Source: Candidatus Iainarchaeum sp.
GTDB taxonomy: Archaea > Iainarchaeota > Iainarchaeia > Iainarchaeales > GCA-2688035
Direction: 5' to 3'
DNA: 64,000 nt
NCBI GenBank assembly: GCA_017610205.1
Contig: JAFCCL010000007.1
Location: 1-64,000, forward strand
In this document: one piece after another, positions 19,160 to 29,005 of the stretch
Numbering within the stretch: position 1 is the stretch's first letter
Layout: each line of letters begins with the position of its first letter
Notes under the pieces: model-generated
Databases searched by the model: none
The model's input: the letters and a program-made list of their open reading frames with translations, nothing else
What the model was told of the DNA's origin: nothing
Made by a program: the position numbers and the translations under genes

Positions 19160-19340
19160 ACGGAAACTTTTCTTTTAAATACTAACCTGGAACAGTGCAG
19201 TTCTTGTGCATTCAGATAAATGCAAGGTACAAATAATGAAACATAAAACAAAACCTATTTACACAACTCAATTTTATTCCGAAATTTTAAATAAAAAAAT
19301 AATATTGAATTTCCTGGATATTGCCCAGCTTGCAAAATAG
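19160..19340 (+). pseudogene. Remnant of a class I glutamine amidotransferase C-terminus
   Basis: Read manually: ..SDKCKVQIMKHKTKPIYTTQFYSEILNKKIILNFL..*; catalytic H-P-E has become Y-S-E and there is no intact 5' part. Confidence 0.55.
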
Positions 19341-19376
19341 GAAAGGAATAAAAGAAAGTTTGCTTTTAATAAAGGC

Positions 19377-20117
19377 ATGGAAACCATTGCATGGATTTTG
19401 CTTGCAACAATTGCAAACAGTCTTTTGGCTCTTGTTGGTGCAGTAACTCTTGGCTGGAGCAGGAAAACACTTGAAAGGATTTTGCACGCTCTTGTAGGAT
19501 TTAGCGCAGGAGCCCTTCTTGGAGGGGCATTCTTTCACCTTATTGCAGAATCACTTGAAGAAATGCCAACAATGGAAAGCTTTTACATTGTCTTTGTTGG
19601 CTTTATTCTATTCTTTTTGATTGAAAGATTTTTGCACTGGCATCACTGCCACAAAGGAAAATGTGATGTACACGCCTTTTCCTATTTGATTCTTGTTGGA
19701 GACGCAATTCACAATTTTATTGATGGTTTGATTATTGCCGCAAGCTTTCTAGTAGACATTGGCGTTGGCATTGTAACAACACTTGCAGTAATGAGCCACG
19801 AGCTTCCGCAGGAATTAGGAGATTTTGGAGTTTTGGTATACGGCGGGTTTAGCAGGAAAAAAGCATTGTTGTACAATTTTGCCTCACAGCTTACAAGCGT
19901 TGCCGGAGGCATAGTTGGCTTCTTTTTCCTTGGAACAAGCGAATTTGCAGTTTACCTTTTGCCTTTTGCAGCAGGCGGATTCATTTACATTGGAGCATCT
20001 GATTTAATTCCTGAATTGCACAAGCAGAAGAATATGAAAAAGGCAATGGAGGCATTTGTGTTTTTCCTGTTTGGGGTAGGGTTTATGATTGCAATAAAAC
20101 TGTTTTTTGCAGTATGA
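19377..20117 (+). CDS. ZIP-family metal transporter
   Basis: HWHHCH loop, DAIHNFIDG, HELPQELGDF. Confidence 0.92.
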   Translation: METIAWILLATIANSLLALVGAVTLGWSRKTLERILHALVGFSAGALLGGAFFHLIAESLEEMPTMESFYIVFVGFILFFLIERFLHWHHCHKGKCDVHAFSYLILVGDAIHNFIDGLIIAASFLVDIGVGIVTTLAVMSHELPQELGDFGVLVYGGFSRKKALLYNFASQLTSVAGGIVGFFFLGTSEFAVYLLPFAAGGFIYIGASDLIPELHKQKNMKKAMEAFVFFLFGVGFMIAIKLFFAV

Positions 20118-20148
20118 AAAAACTTTTTGGAGCTAAGGTGGCGATTGG

Positions 20149-20877
20149 ATGCAGGATTTTTTTTTAATTGTTTTTCTTATTTTTGTCGGGCAGACTTTAG
20201 GGGCATTGTTAGGACTTGTCAAAAAACCAAGCAAGAGCTTTCTGTATTACTCACTTGCGTTTGCCGGCGCAATGATGATTGGAATTTCAGTCTTTGAATT
20301 GATTCCTGAAGCACTTGCAACAGCGCCTTATCACTATGCATTAATCGGATTTCTGATAGGAATCCTTGCAATAATTGCGATTGACAGGACATTGCCGCAT
20401 ATAAATCCGCAATTGGGAAAAAAGGAAAAGCCAAGCATTAAAAGAAGCGTTACAATGCTTGTTACAGGAATTGCATTGCACAACATTCCAGAAGGGCTTG
20501 CAATCGGAATAGGATACGCACTTGACCCTGCACTAGGGTTGCTAATAGCAATAGGAATTGCAATGCAGGACATTCCAGAAAATATTGCAACAATCGTTCC
20601 GCTTTATGCCCTTACTGGAAAAAAAATGAAGTCTTTTGCAATACTTGTTGGAACAGTATTGTTTGAAGTATTTGGATTTGTTTTAGGCTGCTTTTTGCTT
20701 TGTGATATGCCTCCAAGTGTTTTAAGTGTGGCACTGGGAGCAGCAGCAGGAATAATGATTTACATTTCTCTTGACGAGCTTTTTCCAACAGCAAAGTTAA
20801 TGGAAAATCCCTACAAAAAGGCATCAACACTTCTTGTAGGCTTTGTATTAGTTGCTTTGATGATAATGCTTTTTTAA
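20149..20877 (+). CDS. ZIP-family (ZupT/GufA-like) transporter
   Basis: LHNIPEG, QDIPEN, AGIMIYISLDEL. Confidence 0.9.
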   Translation: MQDFFLIVFLIFVGQTLGALLGLVKKPSKSFLYYSLAFAGAMMIGISVFELIPEALATAPYHYALIGFLIGILAIIAIDRTLPHINPQLGKKEKPSIKRSVTMLVTGIALHNIPEGLAIGIGYALDPALGLLIAIGIAMQDIPENIATIVPLYALTGKKMKSFAILVGTVLFEVFGFVLGCFLLCDMPPSVLSVALGAAAGIMIYISLDELFPTAKLMENPYKKASTLLVGFVLVALMIMLF

Positions 20878-20911
20878 AAAAAAAGACCAAAACAAACCTT
20901 TAAATACTATT

Positions 20912-20927
20912 ATGAGCATATGTTCAT
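20912..20927. promoter_or_regulatory. Palindromic operator between the TATA box and the DUF134 start
   Basis: atgagcatatgttcat (7/8 pairs) directly after tttaaata at 20899-20906. Confidence 0.6.
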
Positions 20928-20928
20928 T

Positions 20929-21234
20929 ATGGCTAGGCCAAAAAAGGCAAGATTTATAGCTAGCAATCCAGAGGTTACATACTTTAAGCCAAGGGCAATT
21001 CCACTAGCAGAACTGGAGGAAGTAAAGCTTGGTTTGGAGGAGATTGAGGCATTAAAGCTCAAGTTTTTGGAAAATCTTGAGCAAAAGGATGCAGCAAAGA
21101 AAATGAAGGTTAGCAGGACAACATTTTGGCGTGTTTTTAACAGTGCGGGAAAAAAGGTTTCAGATGCACTAATTAATGGCAAGGCTATTAAGATTGAAGG
21201 AGGGCATTATGCCCTTGAAAAGGAGGTAACATAA
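20929..21234 (+). CDS. DUF134 (UPF0251) HTH protein
   Basis: MARPKK..YFKP..EEIEALKL..QKDAAKKMKVSRTTF..KKVSDAL..IEGG. Confidence 0.92.
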   Translation: MARPKKARFIASNPEVTYFKPRAIPLAELEEVKLGLEEIEALKLKFLENLEQKDAAKKMKVSRTTFWRVFNSAGKKVSDALINGKAIKIEGGHYALEKEVT

Positions 21235-21390
21235 ATGCCTGGAAGAGGAAGAATGGGCGGTTTTGGCATGGGTCTAGGAGGCAACTGCATTTGCCCGAAA
21301 TGTGGGGCAATAGCAGTGCATCAAAGAGGCATGCCTTGCACTCAGCAAAAATGCCCAAAATGCGGAAGTATTATGACAAGGAAAATGTAA
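21235..21390 (+). CDS. 51-aa Gly/Cys-rich putative metal-binding peptide
   Basis: Read manually: MPGRGRMGGFGMGLGGNCICPKCGAIAVHQRGMPCTQQKCPKCGSIMTRKM; strong SD aggagg. Confidence 0.8.
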   Translation: MPGRGRMGGFGMGLGGNCICPKCGAIAVHQRGMPCTQQKCPKCGSIMTRKM

Positions 21391-21429
21391 TTGCTTTGAA
21401 AATAATTCAATCAAACAAAGGAAGTTATA

Positions 21430-22614
21430 ATGAATAAGCTTGAGAAAGCAGCTGTTATTTCAGCCTTGGGAAACGCATTTGTTTCGGTAATCAAATTTGC
21501 TGCCGGAACCGCTTTTGGTTCAGTGGCACTGATAGCAGACGCCATACACTCTTTCACTGACATAATTGGAAGCATCGCTGTTTTCTTTGGAGTAAGGTTT
21601 GCAGATGTTAAAAGCGAAAAATTCCCTTACGGACTTTACAAGCTTGAAAACCTCATAAGCCTTTTTATTGCACTTATAATTTTTTGGTCAGGCATTGAAA
21701 TCGCCTTAGAATCAATTGCAAAGCTCGCTTCCCCAATTCAGGTAACAAGCTTTGAGGCAATAATTGTCGCAATTTTTGCACTTGCAATCGTTTATGCTTT
21801 GGCAAAGTATAAGGAAAGAATTGGCAAAGCAGAGCACAGCCCAAGCATGATTTCAGAGGCAAAACACAGCATGCTTGACGCATATGGAAGCATTGGCGTT
21901 GTTGCAGCTATTGGCTTAAGCTTTGCAGGGTTTCCAATATTTGACCCGCTAATAGGACTTGTCATTGCGGTTCTTGTATTTAAGGCAGGTGCAGAAATTT
22001 TCATTGACTCTGCAAAGGTTTTGCTTGACATAAGCCTTGACTACAAAACCATAAAGAAAATTGAAAAAATTGCTTCAGCACAAAAAGGAGTCAAGATTAA
22101 GGAAATTCTTGCAAGGAACTCTGGAAGGTATATCTTTGTTGACCTAAAGCTTGAAACAGGCTTGAAAGATTTGAAAAGAGTTGACCAGCTACATAGGCAA
22201 TGCGAAGCCGAGATAATGAAAGCAGTACCAAGAATTGACAAAATAATGGTTGACATTCACTACAAGAAAAAACCTGTACTTGTTTATGCTACACCCTTGG
22301 AGAAAAGAAGTGAAAAAAGCCCTATTGCAAAAGAATTTGGAACTGCAAAATTTTTTGGCATCTTTAAGGCGGAAAACAGGGCAGGAAAAAGCGGGCTTAT
22401 TGAAAGCAAAATAATTGAAAATCCAAACTGGAAAAGCAAGGAAAGGAAAGGAATTCTTGCAGCGCAGTTGCTTGCAAAGAACAAAATTGATGTGCTTTTT
22501 GCAAAAGAGGAAATGCACAAGGGCGGCGCTTTTTATGCACTGCAAGAATCATTTATTGAAATGAGAAAAACACCGGAAAAAACTTTTAGTAAGTTGTTGG
22601 GGGAATTCAAATAA
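21430..22614 (+). CDS. Cation diffusion facilitator with a C-terminal NifX-like domain
   Basis: ADAIHSFTD, FPYG..KLE, HSMLD; tail FGTAKFF..IENP..GILAA..IDVL. Confidence 0.88.
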   Translation: MNKLEKAAVISALGNAFVSVIKFAAGTAFGSVALIADAIHSFTDIIGSIAVFFGVRFADVKSEKFPYGLYKLENLISLFIALIIFWSGIEIALESIAKLASPIQVTSFEAIIVAIFALAIVYALAKYKERIGKAEHSPSMISEAKHSMLDAYGSIGVVAAIGLSFAGFPIFDPLIGLVIAVLVFKAGAEIFIDSAKVLLDISLDYKTIKKIEKIASAQKGVKIKEILARNSGRYIFVDLKLETGLKDLKRVDQLHRQCEAEIMKAVPRIDKIMVDIHYKKKPVLVYATPLEKRSEKSPIAKEFGTAKFFGIFKAENRAGKSGLIESKIIENPNWKSKERKGILAAQLLAKNKIDVLFAKEEMHKGGAFYALQESFIEMRKTPEKTFSKLLGEFK

Positions 22615-22634
22615 TAGAAAATGAAACAATTAGT

Positions 22635-22892
22635 TTGATTGGATTTATTGTTCTTGCCTTTTCGCTTGTCTTTGCCTATGCAGGCACACTTTCTCAATGC
22701 ACTTACAGGAAATATATTGTTCCTGCAATGCTTTTGGTTATAGCAATAATGTTTTTGTCAGAAACAATTTCGGCATTGATGGTTGCTGTTTCAGCAGTAT
22801 TGTTTTACAGTGGATACAAAGGGTATGGTATAGAAATAAGGAAAGAAGAGCAAGCGAAAGCAGAAGAAGAAACAAAGGAGGAGAGTAAATGA
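22635..22892 (+). CDS. Small membrane protein
   Basis: Three hydrophobic segments and an acidic tail; ATGA-coupled to the next gene; start uncertain. Confidence 0.55.
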   Translation: MIGFIVLAFSLVFAYAGTLSQCTYRKYIVPAMLLVIAIMFLSETISALMVAVSAVLFYSGYKGYGIEIRKEEQAKAEEETKEESK

Positions 22893-23416
22893 AGGTAGCG
22901 GTTAGCGCAGTATCGGAAGATATAAAACAGCCAGTAAACCTTGTATTTGGCAGATGCCCTGGCTATGTGATAGCGGAAATTGACGAAAAAGAAGTAAGGG
23001 AAACAAAGTTTGTGCAAAATCCTGGAATGAACACAGGAATGGGTGCAGGAATTGCCGCAGCACAGGTAGTTGCATCACAGGGTGTGCAGGCAGTAATTAG
23101 CGGGAATGTAGGTCCAAATGCATTTATGGTTTTGCAACAGTCAGAAATAAAGGTTTATAGGGTAGCTAGTGCAAGTGTTGAACAGGCTTTGCAGCAATTT
23201 GCTGAAGGAAAGCTTGAAGAAGTAAAGGGCTCAACAGCACCAGGTCACTTTGGAATGGGAAAAGGAACTGGAAGAGGTGCCGGAGCAGGTACAGGAAGAG
23301 GAATGGGCAGAGGTGCCGGAGCAGGTACAGGAAGAGGAATGGGCAGTGGAATGAACCGTGGTTCAGACACTGGAAAAGGAATGAGAACAGGTCTTGGAAG
23401 AGACTCGCCAATGTAA
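22889..23416 (+). CDS. NifB/NifX-family protein with a Gly-rich tail
   Basis: FGRCP, NP..GAGIAAAQ, ISGNVGPNA. Confidence 0.9.
   Translation: MKVAVSAVSEDIKQPVNLVFGRCPGYVIAEIDEKEVRETKFVQNPGMNTGMGAGIAAAQVVASQGVQAVISGNVGPNAFMVLQQSEIKVYRVASASVEQALQQFAEGKLEEVKGSTAPGHFGMGKGTGRGAGAGTGRGMGRGAGAGTGRGMGSGMNRGSDTGKGMRTGLGRDSPM
23273..23344 (+). repeat. Perfect 36-bp tandem duplication (RGAGAGTGRGMG x2)
   Basis: agaggtgccggagcaggtacaggaagaggaatgggc occurs twice in tandem. Confidence 0.9.
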
Positions 23417-23434
23417 AAAAGGAGGTTTTTTGAT

Positions 23435-23812
23435 ATGAAGGTTGCTGTTTCAACTGATAGTGGAAATGTGGCAGAGCATTTTGGAAGATGCCCTCAATTC
23501 ACAATTGCAGAAATTGAGAATGGTAAGGTTGTAAAAAAAGAGGTTATTGAAAACCCGGGACATACGACAGGGTCTTTGCCGCGGTTTTTTAATGAGAAAG
23601 AGGTTTCGGTTGTGATTGCAGGCGGTGCAGGCTTTAGGGCACAACAGTTCTTTGAAGAGTTTGGAATAAGGCTGGTGGTTGGCATTTCAGGAAGCGTTGA
23701 TAATGCATTGCAAGCTCTTTCCGAAGGAAAACTTGAAAGCGGAAAAGGCAGTTGCAGTCCTGGTGCAGGAAAAGGGTATGGAATTCCAAAGGAAGACGGT
23801 CACGGAGAATAG
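23435..23812 (+). CDS. NifB/NifX-family protein
   Basis: HFGRCP, NPGH..G.LP, IAGGAG. Confidence 0.9.
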   Translation: MKVAVSTDSGNVAEHFGRCPQFTIAEIENGKVVKKEVIENPGHTTGSLPRFFNEKEVSVVIAGGAGFRAQQFFEEFGIRLVVGISGSVDNALQALSEGKLESGKGSCSPGAGKGYGIPKEDGHGE

Positions 23813-23853
23813 ATTTATCCAAAGCACTGCAGGAAAAATAAGTTTGGGATAAA

Positions 23854-24504
23854 ATGAAGCTAAAAATTTTGGTTGACAACCAAGCAATGTCTAACTTTAG
23901 GGCAGAATGGGGCTTCAGTTGCCTTGTTGAAGCAAAGGAAAATGTTCTGTTTGATACAGGGACAAGCGCTGATGTGCTGGCGTTCAATGCAGAAAAGTTC
24001 GGCATAAAGCCAGAGCAGATTAGCAAAGTTGTTTTGTCGCATGATCATTTTGACCACACTGGCGGCCTTGAATGGGTTTTGCAAAATCCAAAAGTTAAGG
24101 TTTTTGTTTTAGATTCATTTTCTGATGAAACAAAACAGAGTATTGAAAAAAAGGCTGAATTGATTGAAGTAAGCAAGCCTGTTGAAATAAGCAGAAGTGT
24201 TTTTTCTACAGGAAAATTAAGCAATTCAATTGACGAGCAGGGTTTGGTTCTGGAAGTAAAAGAAGGAGTAATAGTTTTGGTTGGCTGTTCCCACCCAGGT
24301 TTGGAAAAAATTTTGAAAAAAGCCAGGAAGTATGGAAGGATTCACGCTGTAATCGGAGGATTCCACGATTTTAACAAGTTTGATGCACTGGAAAAGGTTA
24401 AGATTATTGCTGGAACACACTGTACTGAGCATAAGACAGAAATTCAAAAACTTTTTCCAAAAGCGTTTACAGAATGCTCTGCCGGAACAGAATTTGAATT
24501 TTAA
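23854..24504 (+). CDS. MBL-fold metallohydrolase (COG1237-like)
   Basis: WGFS, LFDTG, SHDHFDHTGG, GCSHPG, GGFH, HCT. Confidence 0.9.
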   Translation: MKLKILVDNQAMSNFRAEWGFSCLVEAKENVLFDTGTSADVLAFNAEKFGIKPEQISKVVLSHDHFDHTGGLEWVLQNPKVKVFVLDSFSDETKQSIEKKAELIEVSKPVEISRSVFSTGKLSNSIDEQGLVLEVKEGVIVLVGCSHPGLEKILKKARKYGRIHAVIGGFHDFNKFDALEKVKIIAGTHCTEHKTEIQKLFPKAFTECSAGTEFEF

Positions 24505-24514
24505 GGCGACTTTA

Positions 24515-24601
24515 ATGCGAAAGGAATGCAAGTGGTTTCAGGCTTGCCAGATGAAAAGATTTTGGGGAGATGGAAGGGTTTGCCATTTACGCTTCCATTA
24601 A
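24515..24601 (+). pseudogene. Probable 5' fragment of a small Cys-containing protein, cut off by the udg 3' end
   Basis: MRKECKWFQACQMKRFW.. then runs into the opposite-strand udg gene. Confidence 0.35.
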
Positions 24602-25165
24602 AATGGAAAAGTCTTTTTTGAGGGGTTCAAGCATTCCTGCATTATAGGTTGCCACTGCTGGATGGTACAAGGGAATTATTTCTATTTGGCCTGTAAGGGT
24701 TGATACAGCAAAAGTTTTTCCATGGATTAGACTTATCCCAGCAAGCTTATCCTGCAAACCGAATTTTTTCATGATGAATGATGCAGCAAAGTTTCCAAGG
24801 CAGCAGATTTTTTCTGGCCTTATTGTTTCAATTTGGCTGCCGAGGTAAAGCGAGCAGGCTTTGATTTCACTTGGAAACGGGTTCCTGTTTTGAGGAGGCC
24901 TGCATTTCAAAACATTTGTAATGTAAATATCTTGCCTCTTCAGGTTAATTGAGTTTAAAAGCTGGTCAAATATTGTGCCTGCCTTTCCAACAAATGGCTT
25001 GCCCTGCCTATCCTCATTAAAGCCTGGTGCTTCACCTACAAACAATATTTTGGCATTCAAGCTGCCCTCTCCCAAAACAGGGCTGCCCCTCGTTTTCCAC
25101 AGGTCACAGCGCCTGCAGTTTGCCACTGCCTGTCTCAATCCAGCAATTGCTTCATCTTTTAACAT
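24587..25165 (-). CDS. udg: Family 4 uracil-DNA glycosylase (4Fe-4S)
   Basis: CRRCDL, GEAPG..E, PFVG, KCRPP.NR, HPA. Confidence 0.95.
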   Translation of the reverse strand: MLKDEAIAGLRQAVANCRRCDLWKTRGSPVLGEGSLNAKILFVGEAPGFNEDRQGKPFVGKAGTIFDQLLNSINLKRQDIYITNVLKCRPPQNRNPFPSEIKACSLYLGSQIETIRPEKICCLGNFAASFIMKKFGLQDKLAGISLIHGKTFAVSTLTGQIEIIPLYHPAVATYNAGMLEPLKKDFSILMEA

Positions 25166-25335
25166 TTTGGTTCAAACCATACTGCACTAAACCCTTTTTC
25201 AGTGCTATTTTTCCACTAGAAAAGTATATGAAAATGTTTACAGAAAACCCCTTAAAAGCTTCTTTCATTACTTTTATTCAATTAAAGAAAAGAGTAAAAA
25301 GGATAACCCCCCTTAAAAAAAGTTTTGATTGAGCG

Positions 25336-26673
25336 ATGGCAATGAAGGTTTGTATTGTTGGAGGTGGCGGGGCAGGCGTAACCGCTGCAAACAAGATTAG
25401 GCAATTGGATCAAAAATCCGAAATCACAATTTTTACAAAAAGAAAGGTGATTGGCTATCCTCCTTGTGAAATGCCCTATGTTTTGGGAAGAGACATTGCT
25501 TCTTTTGAGGAAATTGTTCACTCGAAGAAACAAGATTTTACAAAGAAAAAAATAAAGGTCTTGTTTGAAACAACTGTTGAAAAAATAGATCTGGGCAAAA
25601 AATTCGTTTTGGCAAAGGGAAAAAGACACCACTATGACAAGCTTGTGTTAGCAGTTGGTGCAGAACCCTTTGTTCCGCCTATAAAAGGAACAGATGGAAA
25701 AAACGTTTATTGCTTGGGCACTGATATAAGCCCTGCAAAAAGACTGGACAAAGCAATTTCGCACTTTGACAGTGCTGTTGTGGTTGGTGCTGGTGGAATC
25801 GGGCTAGAGATGGCAATTGCGTTAAAGAAAAGAGGGTATAAAAGAGTTTATCTTGTTGAACTTGCTGATAGAATTCTTCAAAGCAGCCTTGACAAAGACA
25901 TGAGCAAAATAGTTGAAAACTACTTAGAAGAAGCTGGAATACAGTTAATGCTTTCAACTAAAATAAGTGAAATAAGAGACTTGATGGACAAAAAGATTGT
26001 GACATTGAATGGCAGGGAGATTAGCGTCAGCCTTATCCTGTTTGCTGCAGGCAGCAGACCGAGAACCAAGCTGGCAAAAGAAGCAGGTTTGACTGTTGGC
26101 AAAACAGGAGGAATACTGGTAAACAATTACTTGCAAGCAAGCGACCCGAATGTGTTTGTCATTGGAGATTGCATGGAAAGCTGGGAAGCCCTAACAGGAA
26201 AAAAGACATTAAACATGCTTGCAAGCAACGTTGTTAGAAGCGCAAAAATAGCCGCAAAAAACATCGTGGAAAAAGAGCTTACTCCTTTTAATGGGACTAT
26301 TTACTCGTTTGCAATCCAGGTTGGAAAATTTTTGATTGCATGCACAGGCTACAGTGAAAGCTATGCAAAGAAAGTTGGATTGGATGTTATCACAAGCACA
26401 CACGAGGCATTGACCAGGCACCCTGCTTTGGGCGGAAAGCCAGTCTACATTAAATTGATTATGGGCAAGGCCAGCCGCTGTATGGTTGGAGGTCAAATCA
26501 TTTCCCAGGACAACATTGTTGTAGGCTGGGTTGACAAGTTGGTTGTGGCAATAAGTGAAAAAATTCCTTGTAGCAAGCTGTCTTTGATTGAAAACCCTTA
26601 TACGCCGGCCATTGACAACCCTTACAATGCTTTAACCCAGGCAATTGACAAACTGATAGCGGAAAAGGTTTAA
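25336..26673 (+). CDS. FAD-dependent NADH oxidase / CoA-disulfide reductase family oxidoreductase
   Basis: GGGGAG, redox Cys in YPPCEMPY, GAGGIGLE, IGDC, YTP. Confidence 0.88.
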   Translation: MAMKVCIVGGGGAGVTAANKIRQLDQKSEITIFTKRKVIGYPPCEMPYVLGRDIASFEEIVHSKKQDFTKKKIKVLFETTVEKIDLGKKFVLAKGKRHHYDKLVLAVGAEPFVPPIKGTDGKNVYCLGTDISPAKRLDKAISHFDSAVVVGAGGIGLEMAIALKKRGYKRVYLVELADRILQSSLDKDMSKIVENYLEEAGIQLMLSTKISEIRDLMDKKIVTLNGREISVSLILFAAGSRPRTKLAKEAGLTVGKTGGILVNNYLQASDPNVFVIGDCMESWEALTGKKTLNMLASNVVRSAKIAAKNIVEKELTPFNGTIYSFAIQVGKFLIACTGYSESYAKKVGLDVITSTHEALTRHPALGGKPVYIKLIMGKASRCMVGGQIISQDNIVVGWVDKLVVAISEKIPCSKLSLIENPYTPAIDNPYNALTQAIDKLIAEKV

Positions 26674-26727
26674 TCAGAACAAGAAAGGGGAATTTTGCCC
26701 GTGTTTTTTGCTTTATGCCCTTTTTTA

Positions 26728-27606
26728 CTATTTTGTATACTTTAAAACAATGTCCCCTTCTTTGACTCCCAAATCAAAGGCGATTACATTGCATTTGGCT
26801 ATTAGCATAAAAAACACGCCATTGAACTGGCTTAACCCCTCATAATTCCCTTGCCCTTTTGAAATAGTCACATCATGGTTTTTTATCCAACTCCTGACTT
26901 CTGGAGAGTTTCTTACAGGCCCTGTGCCTGGCAGCCCGTTGTCTGTTGCCCTGAATTCAACTAGGGGAATTTTGTCCATGCCAATGTATTTAGCGTCTTC
27001 CATTGTAGCATCATTTATTATGGGCCCGCCTTTTATTACCACAGTAACCATTAGGTTTGCAAGCCCTGCTTTCTTTCGCAATTTTAAGATTGTTTCTATC
27101 AGCAGCTTGTCAAAGGCTATTTCTCCAGCGTTGTCTGTAAAGAATAAAAGGCTTTTTGCATTACTTAGCTTTTCTTTGAATTTTTCATAGTCGTTTATTG
27201 CAAACTCTTTGCCCAAAACCTCTTCAACCGTTTTTTCAACGTTAAATGAACCGCCTGTGGGGCCAAAATCCATAATGTTTCCGGCAATCGAAATTCTTAT
27301 TGCTGCAAGCAGCGGGTCAGGGCTAGTGTCAACCTCGCACTTTATTTTGGGAAGCATTTTCATTGCAAGGTTATTGCAGTCTTTCTTCACTTTTTTGTAC
27401 GGGTCGTCTATTCCAATTTCCTTTCTAATAATTCCATGCACCGCATGTGCCATCTCCGGCGGTGTCAGAGACCAATCCAAATCCAACAGATGGCGCATAA
27501 CCTGCCTTAACAGTTTCTCCTGCAATTTTTCGTCCCTGGTATTCATTCTCAGGGCTTTTAGCAATTGCCTTTGAAAACAGGGAATGCAATCCAGATTAGC
27601 TTTCAT
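26728..27606 (-). CDS. ARMT1/DUF89 damage-control phosphatase
   Basis: CIPC, DPYK, GNIMD, DNAGE..FD, INDAT, KGQGNYE. Confidence 0.92.
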   Translation of the reverse strand: MKANLDCIPCFQRQLLKALRMNTRDEKLQEKLLRQVMRHLLDLDWSLTPPEMAHAVHGIIRKEIGIDDPYKKVKKDCNNLAMKMLPKIKCEVDTSPDPLLAAIRISIAGNIMDFGPTGGSFNVEKTVEEVLGKEFAINDYEKFKEKLSNAKSLLFFTDNAGEIAFDKLLIETILKLRKKAGLANLMVTVVIKGGPIINDATMEDAKYIGMDKIPLVEFRATDNGLPGTGPVRNSPEVRSWIKNHDVTISKGQGNYEGLSQFNGVFFMLIAKCNVIAFDLGVKEGDIVLKYTK

Positions 27607-27743
27607 TTTAATCTCCTTCTATGTCTTCCATTAGATTTTATACAGTACTTCAAATAAAGCTTTTCTTTCGAAAACCCTAAAAAGTGTTGCAATCATTTAC
27701 TTTTCTATTCACTATTTTCTAGGGAATTTGGCGGTAAGCAACA

Positions 27744-28517
27744 ATGAACAAAATTGAATTAAAAAATGTTGGAAAAAGGATTGCGGTAGTTAGTGGAAAG
27801 GGAGGCACAGGAAAAAGCACTTTTTCCACTTTGCTTGCTTTGAGTTTGGCAGCCAAAGGAGAAAGAGTTGGCTTGCTTGATATTGATGTGCATGGCCCAA
27901 ACATCCCTCTAATGCTTGGGATTGAGGGAAAAAACATGGGTGTTGACAGCAACAAAAGGCTACTGCCTGTTAAGGCCGAGCCAAACCTAAAAGTCGTTTC
28001 CACCAGCTTTATGCTTAAAAAAGACCAAGCACTTATTTGGAGAGGGCCACTAAAATCAAACCTTATAAAACAGGCAGTGGAGCAGACTGACTGGGGCAGC
28101 CTGGATTTTCTCATTGTTGACAATCCCCCAGGAACAGGTGATGAAACAATTACCCTGACCCAATTAATTGATTTGAACGGAGCAATAATTGTGGGAACGC
28201 CGCAAACAGCGTCAGTATACGATGTAAGAAAAGCAGTAAACATGATGAAAACCGTCAATGTCCAGGTTTTAGGATTAGTGGAGAACATGAGTTATTGCAT
28301 TTGCCCGCATTGCAAAGAAAAAATTGACTTGTTTGGAAAAGGCAGAATAAAACAGCTGGCAAAAGAGGAAAAAGTGCCCTTTTTGGGTGAAATTCCCATA
28401 GACATTAAACTAAGGGAAATGGCTGACAAAGGTGGCATCAAGCTAAACAACCTTAACCCGAAAATAAAGAAAACTATCAATGACATAATCAAAAACATAG
28501 GCAACAAAAGCTTTTGA
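27744..28517 (+). CDS. Mrp/NBP35 (ApbC) Fe-S carrier ATPase
   Basis: SGKGGTGKS, DVHGP, WRGP, DNPPGTGD, ENMS..CPHC. Confidence 0.93.
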   Translation: MNKIELKNVGKRIAVVSGKGGTGKSTFSTLLALSLAAKGERVGLLDIDVHGPNIPLMLGIEGKNMGVDSNKRLLPVKAEPNLKVVSTSFMLKKDQALIWRGPLKSNLIKQAVEQTDWGSLDFLIVDNPPGTGDETITLTQLIDLNGAIIVGTPQTASVYDVRKAVNMMKTVNVQVLGLVENMSYCICPHCKEKIDLFGKGRIKQLAKEEKVPFLGEIPIDIKLREMADKGGIKLNNLNPKIKKTINDIIKNIGNKSF

Positions 28518-28556
28518 ATGGAAAAGAGACCAGCCAAGAGTATAAATCAAATAAAC

Positions 28557-28576
28557 ACATAAACAAACGTTTATAT
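28557..28576. promoter_or_regulatory. Putative ArsR/SmtB operator
   Basis: Imperfect inverted repeat acataaac-aaac-gtttatat just upstream of the ArsR gene. Confidence 0.5.
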
Positions 28577-28608
28577 GGTTTTTGTTTCATAATTATTATT
28601 AGTTGCAA

Positions 28609-28986
28609 ATGATTAACCCAAAGGACTCACAAACCGCAATGGCTTTCGCAAGAGTATTTGCCACATTGTCAGACCCGAACAGGTTGCTGATACTGAAAAC
28701 GCTTGGAGACAAGGAAAAGTCAGTAAACCAGCTTGCGATTGAATTAAACCTTTCACAGCCACTGGTTTCACACCACTTGGCTGCGCTTAAAGCAAACGGC
28801 CTGGTGAAAGCAAAAAAAGCAGGCAGCTTTGTATTTTACAACACGGCAACAAAAAAAATCGCTGAGTTGGTTAATAGCTTGGAGAACACTTTGGAAGACA
28901 TAGCAAAAAACATGGAATTAACACCTTTTCCCCAGCCACTTTTTCCTTTCAGAAGAAGAGGCAGAAGGGGAAGAGGGTGGATGTAA
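28609..28986 (+). CDS. ArsR/SmtB transcriptional regulator
   Basis: LSDPNRL, SQPLVSHHL..L..GLV; start could be 28603. Confidence 0.9.
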   Translation: MINPKDSQTAMAFARVFATLSDPNRLLILKTLGDKEKSVNQLAIELNLSQPLVSHHLAALKANGLVKAKKAGSFVFYNTATKKIAELVNSLENTLEDIAKNMELTPFPQPLFPFRRRGRRGRGWM

Positions 28987-29005
28987 AAAAGGAGGTGAGA
29001 TAAAT

